A stretch of DNA of 64,000 nt from an uncultured cyanobacterium (GTDB lineage Bacteria > Cyanobacteriota > Cyanobacteriia > CAKZMO01), in assembly GCA_963719515.1 (NCBI GenBank), contig CAVRCJ010000003.1, positions 384,001 to 448,000 on the forward strand, read 5' to 3'. Within the stretch, counting starts at the first letter, position 1. Each line of letters opens with the position of its first letter. Under the pieces are notes generated by a model, which searched no databases, was not told where the DNA came from, and saw only the letters and a list, made by a program, of their open reading frames with translations. Positions 29,983 through 39,568 of the stretch are shown one piece after another. The translations under genes and the position numbers were made by a program.

Positions 29983-31989
29983 CTAGGGCAAAATGTCGAA
30001 GTCGCTTCTGATACGAAATCCTGCCACTGTCTCGCTGAAGTCATCTCGCTGCTGGAGGGTAAAACCCACGCGGAAGTTACGCCGAATCGGAAAATCGTAA
30101 AACAGCTCTAGGGCGTCGGCATTGTCGAGTTCCTCGCCGTCGCCACCCTGCAGGTTTTGACCATAGGCCAGTCCCAGGCGATCGCGGTCGGTAAACACGT
30201 CGAGGAAGTTGATGCCGCCGCTGACGGTATCGGCGTCGAAGTCGGCGTCTCGGTTGCTGTAGTGGCCGTAGCGGGCAAACAAACCCAAGTTAGCCTCAGG
30301 GATGAAGTATTCGGCGTTGAGGCCAAACGCCTCTTCGCGATCGCCCTCTTCAACCCCAAATCCACCGTTTCCCCGGTCGAGGCTGAAAATGTCGGCGGGA
30401 CCATCATCGGCCCCAGCATCCCGCCCGTTGACGTAGGTGCCCCGAATGATGGCGTTGCCCACCCGAACTCCTAGCTCAGCGGCTACCGCATCCAGCTCAA
30501 ACTCGCTGATGCTGCGGTCGGATGAAAATCCACTCACCGCCAGCCGGACGTCGTCAGTAGCGGCCCAGTTGGCAACAATTCCCTGTCGAGACCCGATGCC
30601 GCTGGTCGCCAGCGCTGGGTTGGTCTGGAAGATGGGGTTGAAGAAATGGGTGACCGCGTCTTTCGCAAAGCTGTTGCGATCGAAGTAGGAGGTGAGGTCA
30701 ATTTGCCCCAGGGTGAACCGCAGATTGGGAATGCTGGGCGGCGCTACGGTAACGTAAAGCTCGTTGATGTTGACGCCTTCTAGCTCAGAGTCAATGAAGG
30801 CATCCCCCTCTGTCAGGTCAAGAGAGCCCCCCACTAGCAGATAGGAGGTGATGGGATAGATGGCGGTGAGTCGGCCTCGGGCAGACAGGTCGTCATCCTG
30901 ATAGAGGAAGGCCGCCTGAAACTTAACGATTGGGTCCGTAAGCGCTCGGTTAGGATTGGCCAAGTCAGCCGATTGCACTGAGGCTGGGGTGGTCTCAAGA
31001 GCCTGAGCTACAGCGCTGGAGGACTGGGCGATCAAGGGCTGGGTCGGGGACTGGGCGAGAGGCTCAGCGACAGGCTGGGCAGCAGAGAGCTGGGCAGCAA
31101 GAGGCTCGACGGACCTAGCGGCAGGCGTCGCCGGCGGGGCGATCGCAACCTCGGTTGACGGCACCGTCTCAATAACTTCAATGCCTGCTAGCTCGGGCCG
31201 TCTCGGTGGGGTGGCCTGCAGATAGGTAAAGCTATCGGCAGCGTCAAAAGCGGGCAGCGGGGCCTGGGGCGCAGCGGCGATAGGACTCGAGTCCGGCTCC
31301 ACGGTCGGCGTGGGTTCCGCAATCGTGATCACCGGCATCAGCGGCGGCGTTGTGATGGCTTGATAGGTCGGCGTACGCAGGCTATCGTCGCCCTTGGCCT
31401 CCTCACCGCCAGTCACAACCGCGCCACCGACGGAACGGGGCAGGTCGAGACCGGCCGCCATCTGAGACGGGTACCCACTGCCCTGTACTGCCGCCGAGCG
31501 ACCGATAGGAGGGGTGAGCTGGGGCGCTGTGTGGAAGCTAATGGAAGGAGAGTGGAGCACAAATGGAGCCGCAGGATCGAAGGGCTGAGCCTCTAATTCT
31601 GGGGTAAAACTATGGTTCTCAGTGCCCAGCTCTTCTCCTCTAAGATAGGCCAAGCTCGGAACGAATTCAGCTGGGGGAAGAGCCAACGCGGCATGGGGGG
31701 CCATTGCGCCGAGGGCACCCCCAGACGCCTCCTCAATCGACGGGGAGACCAATTCAGCCGCCCTGTTAGAATCCGTGCCGGGAACATAGGCGCTAAAGGG
31801 GTCCGAAGCGGCCATCTCAGTCGGGAGGGTCGCCTCATCGAGCGCAGCCCCATCCTGACTGAGGTGATAGTCGCCATTGGGATGAACTGGGCCGGCCTGC
31901 GCGGGCTCCTGGGCTAAGGCAGTAAAAAGTCCTAATCCTATACAGGTTAGATAAGTGATTGAATCACTGGCGTTCGAGGGGCTAGACAT
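29983..31989 (-). CDS. Outer-membrane carbohydrate porin-like (OprB-like) protein with long low-complexity N-terminus
   Basis: Signal peptide and Pro/Ala-rich linker. Beta-strand-rich C-terminus with GQIDLTSYFDRNSFA, GLFARYG and LELFYDF. Confidence 0.7.
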   Translation of the reverse strand: MSSPSNASDSITYLTCIGLGLFTALAQEPAQAGPVHPNGDYHLSQDGAALDEATLPTEMAASDPFSAYVPGTDSNRAAELVSPSIEEASGGALGAMAPHAALALPPAEFVPSLAYLRGEELGTENHSFTPELEAQPFDPAAPFVLHSPSISFHTAPQLTPPIGRSAAVQGSGYPSQMAAGLDLPRSVGGAVVTGGEEAKGDDSLRTPTYQAITTPPLMPVITIAEPTPTVEPDSSPIAAAPQAPLPAFDAADSFTYLQATPPRRPELAGIEVIETVPSTEVAIAPPATPAARSVEPLAAQLSAAQPVAEPLAQSPTQPLIAQSSSAVAQALETTPASVQSADLANPNRALTDPIVKFQAAFLYQDDDLSARGRLTAIYPITSYLLVGGSLDLTEGDAFIDSELEGVNINELYVTVAPPSIPNLRFTLGQIDLTSYFDRNSFAKDAVTHFFNPIFQTNPALATSGIGSRQGIVANWAATDDVRLAVSGFSSDRSISEFELDAVAAELGVRVGNAIIRGTYVNGRDAGADDGPADIFSLDRGNGGFGVEEGDREEAFGLNAEYFIPEANLGLFARYGHYSNRDADFDADTVSGGINFLDVFTDRDRLGLAYGQNLQGGDGEELDNADALELFYDFPIRRNFRVGFTLQQRDDFSETVAGFRIRSDFDILP

Positions 31990-32404
31990 CAGGTTTACTT
32001 TCAGGCTAGGTATTCAGTTTCTAATAACGCTGGGAAAAGATCGCGTCCGCAAGATCAGCCGTGGTTCATCAAAACCTAATACGGATTTTTTCAAAATTCA
32101 CGATCCAAGATCCCAACGTCAAATTCGCGTTTCTTCCTATGTATTAGCGACCCGAACAGAGTGAAATAATGAGCCTCTCTATTTAAAATCTAGCGACCTG
32201 CACGAGCGTTAACGCCTTGAAAACTTCTCAGGAAATTCCTGATCAATTCTCAAGCGAGTGAGAATGTACTCATAACCCGGCGGCGCTAAAACTAGGCCCA
32301 CTGCGCCCGCTCTCAAAAAGCTTGTTCCCCCTCCGCAGCACAGCGATCGCAGCGGTCAATGGCACGGTGCCAAATAGCGAGAACCCGATAGACACCAGAA
32401 AGTA

Positions 32405-33151
32405 ATGAGTATAAAAAAACACATAAAACAGATGCTTTGCCGCCGCGTTTTCTACACTTCTATTTTGAGCCTTTTGACGCTAGGTTTGCTGATGGGCTGC
32501 TCTTCTAGCCCTATAAAGTCTTCTGCCAACGGTGTTACCCATTTAACTATTCGAAACATCGAGCCTTCAGGCCAAATGGGAAAATATCTGGTCTCCGGCG
32601 AGGCCGAATCTTTTAGCGGCGCGACCGTGACCGTCTCTGCTATTCGCCGCTTTACTCAAGACACCGCCAAAACTGCGCCAAGCTACGCCCTGCTCGACCG
32701 TCAGTTTACGTCGGTGTCTGACGGAGAGTGGCAGGCAGAGCTTCAGATTTGGCAAACCGAAGGGTTAGCTTCGCCGCAAGAGCTGTGGCAGATCGACCAG
32801 GCGACCCTCAATATGGCCCTCACGCCCACTCCAGAAGTCGAATTCGCCGCCACTTTAGATCCCATAGAAGCCCGTAAATGGCCCCAAGCGATCGCCCAAG
32901 CTGAGGCATCATCTGCTGCTAGCTATACGGTAGACGGAGACGTTTACCTAGCGGCACAGAGCACAATTGGAATTCCCGTTCCGGCTAGCTTGGCGAAAGA
33001 CGCGCTCAAAAGCGCAGCTATTGCCCGCCGGATCAGCGATCGCAAGGTCACGACCATTGATCCGGGCGTCAGCGCCGTCAGCGATAGCGAACAATCAGCT
33101 GCGGCGAACCGGACAACTCTGCCCATCAGCCCTAGGCAGTACTTACGATGA
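32405..33151 (+). CDS. Hypothetical lipoprotein
   Basis: Lipobox LLMGC; 248-aa ORF divergent from the bcs operon. Confidence 0.65.
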   Translation: MSIKKHIKQMLCRRVFYTSILSLLTLGLLMGCSSSPIKSSANGVTHLTIRNIEPSGQMGKYLVSGEAESFSGATVTVSAIRRFTQDTAKTAPSYALLDRQFTSVSDGEWQAELQIWQTEGLASPQELWQIDQATLNMALTPTPEVEFAATLDPIEARKWPQAIAQAEASSAASYTVDGDVYLAAQSTIGIPVPASLAKDALKSAAIARRISDRKVTTIDPGVSAVSDSEQSAAANRTTLPISPRQYLR

Positions 33152-33594
33152 GGAAGGCTGTCGGCCAAAGCCTCTGATTTTGTAGGCAACAGGACGCGCA
33201 GAGACTCTGTCGACCCAAGATATTGACAGCATCTGAGCCTTCATAGAGGCTACAAACGGTGCAACCACCCTGTAAAGCAAGGGTGAAGGTTGCCCCAAGA
33301 ATCACTAAGAATTGGCCTAAATCGCCGATAATTCACGTAGCGCAGCTGGGAACCTTAACCTCAGGGCTAGTACTCTCCAGCCAGATGATTAAAGTTAACC
33401 TTTAGCCTAACGACATATCAATAAATTACCAGCGGATGTTAAACCAAAATCACATTGGAAAGCGCCGCTGCCTTGCCTAGCTAGAATTTGCTTTTATGCT
33501 GCGGTAAGGGAAGAGTGTGGCGCGCTGCCACCGATTAAACTCGTCCTTTACGGGCTTAAAAATCGCTATATGTTTACGTCATAACTAGAGAACG

Positions 33595-34140
33595 ATGGAC
33601 GTTACGCCAACAGAGATTTCAGAGGTGCTTTTGATAGCGCCCAAGGTCTTCGGAGACGATCGCGGCTTCTTTTTTGAAAGCTACAACCAACAGGCCTTTG
33701 CGGATAAGGTCAGCGCTGAACACTCTTTTGTGCAGGACAATCACTCGCGGTCTGAAAAGAACGTCCTGCGAGGACTGCACTACCAAGTTGAGCAGGCTCA
33801 AGGCAAGCTCGTCCGTGCTGTGGTGGGATCGATCTTTGATGTAGCCGTTGACATCCGCAAAAGCTCGCCGACCTTCGGTCAGTGGGTGGGGCACATGTTG
33901 ACCGCTGAAAACAAGCATCAGCTGTGGGTTCCCTCAGGGTTTGCCCATGGTTTTTTGGTCGTCTCGGAGGTTGCTGAGGTGCTCTATAAGACAACCGACT
34001 TCTATGCCCCCCAGTACGAGCGCTCAATTCTCTGGAACGATCCAGACCTAGAAATCCGCTGGCCCACCTCGGAAGCCCCTATTTTATCGAAAAAGGATAT
34101 GGGCGGCCAACGACTCAAAGAGGCTGAGGTTTACCCATGA
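33595..34140 (+). CDS. rfbC: dTDP-4-dehydrorhamnose 3,5-epimerase
   Basis: FGDDRGFFFE, FVQDNHSRS, LRGLHYQ and GFAHGF. Confidence 0.96.
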   Translation: MDVTPTEISEVLLIAPKVFGDDRGFFFESYNQQAFADKVSAEHSFVQDNHSRSEKNVLRGLHYQVEQAQGKLVRAVVGSIFDVAVDIRKSSPTFGQWVGHMLTAENKHQLWVPSGFAHGFLVVSEVAEVLYKTTDFYAPQYERSILWNDPDLEIRWPTSEAPILSKKDMGGQRLKEAEVYP

Positions 34141-35021
34141 CCACCCTGTTGCTCATTGGGGCCAGCGGCCAGGTTGGCCAAGAACTAAAGCAGACGCTAA
34201 CGGGGGTGGGGGAGGTTGTTGCGGTTGGGCGGCAGGAGCTTGACCTCACCGATGTTGACAGTCTGCGCCACCGAATAGCGGCGGTCAAGCCCGACGTCCT
34301 CGTCAATGCGGCAGCCTATACGGCTGTCGATAAAGCCGAGTCAGATATCGAGCTGGCCAACGCCGTCAATGCGATCGCCCCCACGGTCATGGCGGAGGAG
34401 GTCCAACGCCTGGAGGGTATGCTGATCCATATCTCCACAGACTATGTGTTTAACGGCAAGAAAAGCTCCCCCTACTTAGAAGACGACCTGCCCCACCCTT
34501 TGGGCATTTACGGGAAGTCTAAACTACTGGGAGAAGACGGGGTTCGTCAATCTTGCGATAACCACATCATCCTGCGCACGGCGTGGGTATACGGAGCCAA
34601 AGGGAAGGGTAACTTCGTCAAAACGATGCTGAGGCTAGCCTCGGAGCGAGAGGAGCTGCGGGTGGTTTCAGACCAAATCGGCAGCCCCACCTGGGCGGGA
34701 GACATCGCGGCGGCGATCGCCCAGCTGATTTATCTAGAAGCCTCTGATAACCCTCCTGAATCTGGCACTTATCACTTCACCAACAGCGGCGTTGCGAGCT
34801 GGTACGACTTTGCCGTTGCTATTTTTGAGGAGGCGAAAACCTTGGGGGCATCGCTGCCCATCAAGCAAGTGATTCCTATTACTACAGCAGACTACCCAAC
34901 GCCAACAGAAAGGCCGGCCTATTCCGTCCTGTCGAGCCAAAAGGTCTCGCCCCTGATCGGCGTGCCGCCCCACTGGCGGCACAGTCTCCGGCAAATGCTC
35001 GTAGAACTATATACCTCATAA
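34137..35021 (+). CDS. rfbD: dTDP-4-dehydrorhamnose reductase
   Basis: GASGQVG, NAAAYTAVDKAE, STDYVF and YGKSK. Confidence 0.96.
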   Translation: MTTLLLIGASGQVGQELKQTLTGVGEVVAVGRQELDLTDVDSLRHRIAAVKPDVLVNAAAYTAVDKAESDIELANAVNAIAPTVMAEEVQRLEGMLIHISTDYVFNGKKSSPYLEDDLPHPLGIYGKSKLLGEDGVRQSCDNHIILRTAWVYGAKGKGNFVKTMLRLASEREELRVVSDQIGSPTWAGDIAAAIAQLIYLEASDNPPESGTYHFTNSGVASWYDFAVAIFEEAKTLGASLPIKQVIPITTADYPTPTERPAYSVLSSQKVSPLIGVPPHWRHSLRQMLVELYTS

Positions 35022-35039
35022 CTATCCTTAACGATCACT

Positions 35040-36113
35040 ATGAAAGCACTCATCCTCTCCGGCGGCAAAGGCACTCGACTGCGGCCCTTGACCTACACTG
35101 GCGCCAAGCAGCTGGTTCCTGTCGCCAACAAGCCTATCCTTTGGTATGGCATTGAATCTATTGTGGCGGCCGGCATCACCGACATCGGTATTGTTATCAG
35201 CCCTGAAACGGGAGAGGAAATTAAGGAAAAAACGGGGGATGGCGATCGCTTCGGAGCCAAAATTACCTACATTCTGCAGGACGAGCCCGCTGGCCTAGCT
35301 CACGCCGTCAAAATTTCTCGCTCGTTCTTGGGCGATGCGCCCTTCGTCATGTACCTGGGGGACAACCTAATTGAGGGCGGTCTGCACGACTTCTGCGCCA
35401 AGTTCAAAGAGCGCCAGCTTGATGCCCTAACCCTGCTGCGCCGCGTCCCTAACCCTACCGCATTTGGTGTGGCCGAAGTGGACGAGGAAGGCCGCATTCT
35501 CCGCCTGGTGGAAAAGCCCAAAGTTCCTCCCTCCGACCTGGCGCTAGTGGGGGTGTACCTGTTCTCCCCTGAAATCCACACCTCCATCAGTCAAATCCAG
35601 CCTTCGGCGCGGGGCGAACTAGAAATCACCGACGCCATCCAAAACCTCATCGAGCGTCAGCAGGCAGTGGAGGCGGTGGAGCTGCACGGCTGGTGGCTGG
35701 ACACCGGAAAGAAAGACGACCTGCTGGAGGCCAACCGCATTATTCTAGACACCTGCCTAGAAGCGGACAACCAGGGCCACGTCGATGAGGCTAGCCAGGT
35801 TATTGGCCGCGTCAAAATTGGCCAAAACTCCAAGCTCATCAACTGTACGGTGCGCGGTCCGGTGGTCATTGGCGAGAATTGCCACCTGGAAAATTGCTTC
35901 ATCGGCCCCTACAGCAGCATTGCAGACGAAAGCTGGCTGGTGGAGACAGACCTAGAGCACAGCGTCATTTTGCAGGGTGCCAAGGTGATTGGCATTCATC
36001 AGCGCATCGTGGATAGCCTGATTGGCCAGCGGGCCAGACTGACGGAAGCCCCGCAGCGGCCCCGCGCCCTGCGCTTTATGATTGGCGACGATTCTCAAGT
36101 TGAGCTGGTATAA
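35040..36113 (+). CDS. rfbA: Glucose-1-phosphate thymidylyltransferase (long form)
   Basis: [32 protein letters not shown] and WLDTG. Confidence 0.94.
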   Translation: MKALILSGGKGTRLRPLTYTGAKQLVPVANKPILWYGIESIVAAGITDIGIVISPETGEEIKEKTGDGDRFGAKITYILQDEPAGLAHAVKISRSFLGDAPFVMYLGDNLIEGGLHDFCAKFKERQLDALTLLRRVPNPTAFGVAEVDEEGRILRLVEKPKVPPSDLALVGVYLFSPEIHTSISQIQPSARGELEITDAIQNLIERQQAVEAVELHGWWLDTGKKDDLLEANRIILDTCLEADNQGHVDEASQVIGRVKIGQNSKLINCTVRGPVVIGENCHLENCFIGPYSSIADESWLVETDLEHSVILQGAKVIGIHQRIVDSLIGQRARLTEAPQRPRALRFMIGDDSQVELV

Positions 36114-36121
36114 GGAGAATA

Positions 36122-37210
36122 ATGACACAGCAACCCAAGCGCACCCCCCGCCGCATCATCATCACAGGCGGTGCAGGCTTTATCGGCTCTAACTTCGTTC
36201 ACCACTGGTGCGAGCAGTACCCCGGCGATCGCGTCGTGGTGTTAGACGCCCTCACCTACGCCGGGAATCGCGCCAATCTGGCTGACCTAGAGGATAATCC
36301 TAACCTGCGCTTTGTCCAGGGCGACATCTGCGATCGCGCTCTTGTCGATACCCTACTGCAGGAGGAAAAAATCGACACCGTTGCCCATTTTGCCGCCGAG
36401 TCCCACGTCGACCGCTCTATTCTCGGTCCTGGCGCATTCGTGCAGACCAACGTCGTCGGGACCTTCACCCTGCTGGAAGCCTTCCGCCAATACTGGATGG
36501 GGCAGGGCAAGCCTCAGGACTACCGCTTCCTGCATGTCTCCACCGATGAGGTGTACGGTTCCCTCTCTCCCAGCGACCCCGCCTTCACGGAGACCACCCC
36601 CTACACACCGAACAGTCCCTACTCCGCCTCTAAGGCAGGCAGCGATCATCTGGTGCGGGCCTACTTCCACACCTACCAAATGCCCACCTTGATCACCAAC
36701 TGCTCCAACAACTACGGCCCCTACCACTACCCTGAGAAGCTGATTCCCTTGATGTGCATCAACATTCTCCTGGGTAAGTCCCTGCCGGTGTATGGCGACG
36801 GGCAGAACGTCCGGGACTGGCTCTACGTGGGTGACCACTGCAGCGCTTTAGATACGGTGATTCACAAGGGCGAGCCGGGCGAGACCTACAACGTCGGCGG
36901 CAATAACGAGGTCAAAAATCTCGACCTGGTGCATAAGCTCTGTCAAATCATGGACGAGCTGGCCCCTGACCTCCCGGTAAATCCGTCTCAAGATCTGATT
37001 ACCTTTGTCAAGGATCGCCCTGGCCACGATCGCCGCTACGCCATCGACGCGACGAAAATTAAAACTGAGCTGGGCTGGACGCCTCAGGAAACCGTAGACA
37101 ATGGCCTGCGCCGCACCGTTGAGTGGTACCTCAGCCATGAGAGCTGGTGGACACCTCTACTCTCTGACGAGTATCGGGCCTACTACGATAAGGTTTACGT
37201 CAGCGCTTAG
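36122..37210 (+). CDS. rfbB: dTDP-glucose 4,6-dehydratase
   Basis: [32 protein letters not shown] and DRPGHDRRY. Confidence 0.97.
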   Translation: MTQQPKRTPRRIIITGGAGFIGSNFVHHWCEQYPGDRVVVLDALTYAGNRANLADLEDNPNLRFVQGDICDRALVDTLLQEEKIDTVAHFAAESHVDRSILGPGAFVQTNVVGTFTLLEAFRQYWMGQGKPQDYRFLHVSTDEVYGSLSPSDPAFTETTPYTPNSPYSASKAGSDHLVRAYFHTYQMPTLITNCSNNYGPYHYPEKLIPLMCINILLGKSLPVYGDGQNVRDWLYVGDHCSALDTVIHKGEPGETYNVGGNNEVKNLDLVHKLCQIMDELAPDLPVNPSQDLITFVKDRPGHDRRYAIDATKIKTELGWTPQETVDNGLRRTVEWYLSHESWWTPLLSDEYRAYYDKVYVSA

Positions 37211-37380
37211 GTCGCACGGCGAAGAGCGATCGCCCCCACCGCAATTCTCAACGCCGCCCGCGATAATGCGCGGGCGGTAGCAGCGCTGCGACGCGACAAA
37301 AGCTCCGCCTTCGCGACGCGATCACCATAGGTGTACCCGATACTTTATACTCTTAATTCTTTACAGAGACGACTATAGCT

Positions 37381-38337
37381 ATGGCAACCTACGTTGTAAC
37401 GGGAGTAGCCGGTTTCATCGGCTCTCACTTGGCTCGTACGCTTTTAAAGAGGGGACAGACCGTAGTTGGCGTTGATCAGTTTAACGACTACTACGATCCT
37501 CAGCTAAAGCGTCAAAACGTCTCTGAATTGGAGCAAGCGGTAAACTTTAAACTGGTTGAGAGCGATATTCAGGCCCTCGACTGGGAAGCGCTATTGGCAG
37601 ATGTAGACGTGGTGTACCACCAGGCGGCCCAAGCGGGCGTGCGCTCAAGCTGGGGCGAAGGATTCCGCACCTACACCGAGCAAAACATCAACGCTACTCA
37701 AATTCTGCTGGAGGCAGCCAAAAGCGCTGACCTCCAGCGGTTCGTTTACGCCTCTTCGTCGTCTATCTACGGCAACGCCGCCACCCTGCCCACCCAAGAG
37801 ACCATCTGTCCTCAGCCCGTTTCCCCCTACGGCATCACCAAGCTCGCCGGGGAGCAGCTCTGCACGCTCTATCACCAGAGCTACCAGGTTCCCACCGTTT
37901 CTCTGCGCTACTTCACGGTCTACGGTCCCCGCCAGCGCCCCGACATGGCGTTCCACAAGTTTTTCAAAGCCGCCCTCACCGGTCAGCCCATCACCATCTA
38001 CGGTGACGGCCAACAGACGCGGGACTACACCTTCATCGAAGATGCGATCGCTGCTAACCTTACGGCCGCCGAAGCTCCTGATGCGGTTGGGGAAGTGTTT
38101 AACGTCGGCGGCGGCAGCCGGGTGGGGTTAATGGAGGTAATCGACACCATGGAGGCGGTAAGCGGTCTCTCTATCAAGCGAGAGCATATTGAGCAGGCTC
38201 GCGGCGATGCGCGGCATACCGCTGCAGATATTACCAAGGCCCAGAAGATTTTGGGCTATCAGCCCCAGGTGTCGCTGAGAGAAGGACTAGCGGCAGAGTG
38301 GCGGTGGATTCAAGTCCTCTACGGTTCGTCAGTTTAA
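37381..38337 (+). CDS. NAD-dependent sugar epimerase/dehydratase (UDP-glucuronate 4-epimerase-like)
   Basis: TGVAGFIGS, AAQAGVR, YGITK and YGPRQRPDMA. Confidence 0.9.
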   Translation: MATYVVTGVAGFIGSHLARTLLKRGQTVVGVDQFNDYYDPQLKRQNVSELEQAVNFKLVESDIQALDWEALLADVDVVYHQAAQAGVRSSWGEGFRTYTEQNINATQILLEAAKSADLQRFVYASSSSIYGNAATLPTQETICPQPVSPYGITKLAGEQLCTLYHQSYQVPTVSLRYFTVYGPRQRPDMAFHKFFKAALTGQPITIYGDGQQTRDYTFIEDAIAANLTAAEAPDAVGEVFNVGGGSRVGLMEVIDTMEAVSGLSIKREHIEQARGDARHTAADITKAQKILGYQPQVSLREGLAAEWRWIQVLYGSSV

Positions 38338-38438
38338 AAGAGGGCGGACAGTCTGCTAGAATTGCGGCTCGATAGAACTGTAGAGGAGCATTACAGGCAA
38401 CACTCCTTGCCAGAACTCTAAAGTTCAGGCCGTTGTGT

Positions 38439-39176
38439 CTACTGCGCAATGCCGAATCTAAACGCCGTGACCTTCTGCAGCTTGATATAGACCGTCAGCG
38501 CATACAGAAAAATAGTTACTCCAACTATTTCCAGCGACTCTTCTACGGTTGTTACCAATGAATAGAGAAGGTTTACCCGATCTGAAGCCTCCGCCAGCAC
38601 CTGAAAGCCAGAGCGGCTGTGGATGAGAGCGGCTACCATTTCAAAGCCTATCGCTCCTAATACAAAAAGGCCGCCTGACAGTATGAACAAATTTCTGACC
38701 TGCTTGGGCAACTGGAAGACGAATTTAGCGCAGATGATTGCAAGCAGGATGACAGCAGGAATCGCGACAATTACCCAGGTATAGTAGAAAAACCCTGATG
38801 TATTTACATAGGCTTGAGAAAGTTCGGCTATAGACTCCCGAAAGGTAGCTATCTCGTCGATGGAAATGTACAGAAACAACAGCGACAACCCGAACCAATA
38901 TCGGGAAAACTTTTCCTGATTGCTCTTTGCTCTCAACCCAATTAGAAAAAGAAGCAGCGAGCAAGCAAGGAGCTGAAAAGAGGAATACCACGTCGGCAGA
39001 CTTTCCTCCGCTCCAAGATTAAATCGCATTACCAAGAAACCTAAATTCTTGTCTATTAAATAGGTACAGAGGTTGCTCAGAAGACCTGCGATCGCAAGTC
39101 CAATATCAATTCCCAGCAAAAACGTAAGAAGTCGCCTGGGAGAGATATTTACAGTTTGCACAATCGAATTTTGCAT
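38439..39176 (-). CDS. Multi-pass membrane protein of unknown function
   Basis: About 7 hydrophobic segments, with E..LPTWYSS, SIDE and VEESLE motifs. AT-richer than its flanks. Confidence 0.75.
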   Translation of the reverse strand: MQNSIVQTVNISPRRLLTFLLGIDIGLAIAGLLSNLCTYLIDKNLGFLVMRFNLGAEESLPTWYSSFQLLACSLLLFLIGLRAKSNQEKFSRYWFGLSLLFLYISIDEIATFRESIAELSQAYVNTSGFFYYTWVIVAIPAVILLAIICAKFVFQLPKQVRNLFILSGGLFVLGAIGFEMVAALIHSRSGFQVLAEASDRVNLLYSLVTTVEESLEIVGVTIFLYALTVYIKLQKVTAFRFGIAQ

Positions 39177-39568
39177 GTCAGAAGAGAATCCTTGTCGTCA
39201 CTAGAGGGAGAACACCATTGAGAGCACGTCATCCCCAATCCTAAAGAGCGCCCTACGCCCCTAGCTCCTGGTCCTGAATTCTAGAAGCCAGAGGTCAAGC
39301 GCTGGGGTGGAGTTAAGAGGTAATGTATTTTCTTAACCTGTCCTTAATTTTATGATAACGATCTCTTTCCTTTTGGGCGGAGCTCTGGCTTGACGTCAAC
39401 CTCAAGCCAAGGTCAAGATTTGATTAACCCGTCCTAGAGGCAGGCTGTTTTTCGCTCAGGTCCTTTACAGGGGCGGGCGCTACCGCCGCCAGACCAAAAT
39501 TTACGCTACCGGTAGCGCAACCTCACTCAAGTTCCGCTAGAATTGGTCTACCGATAGAGGTTAGGCGT

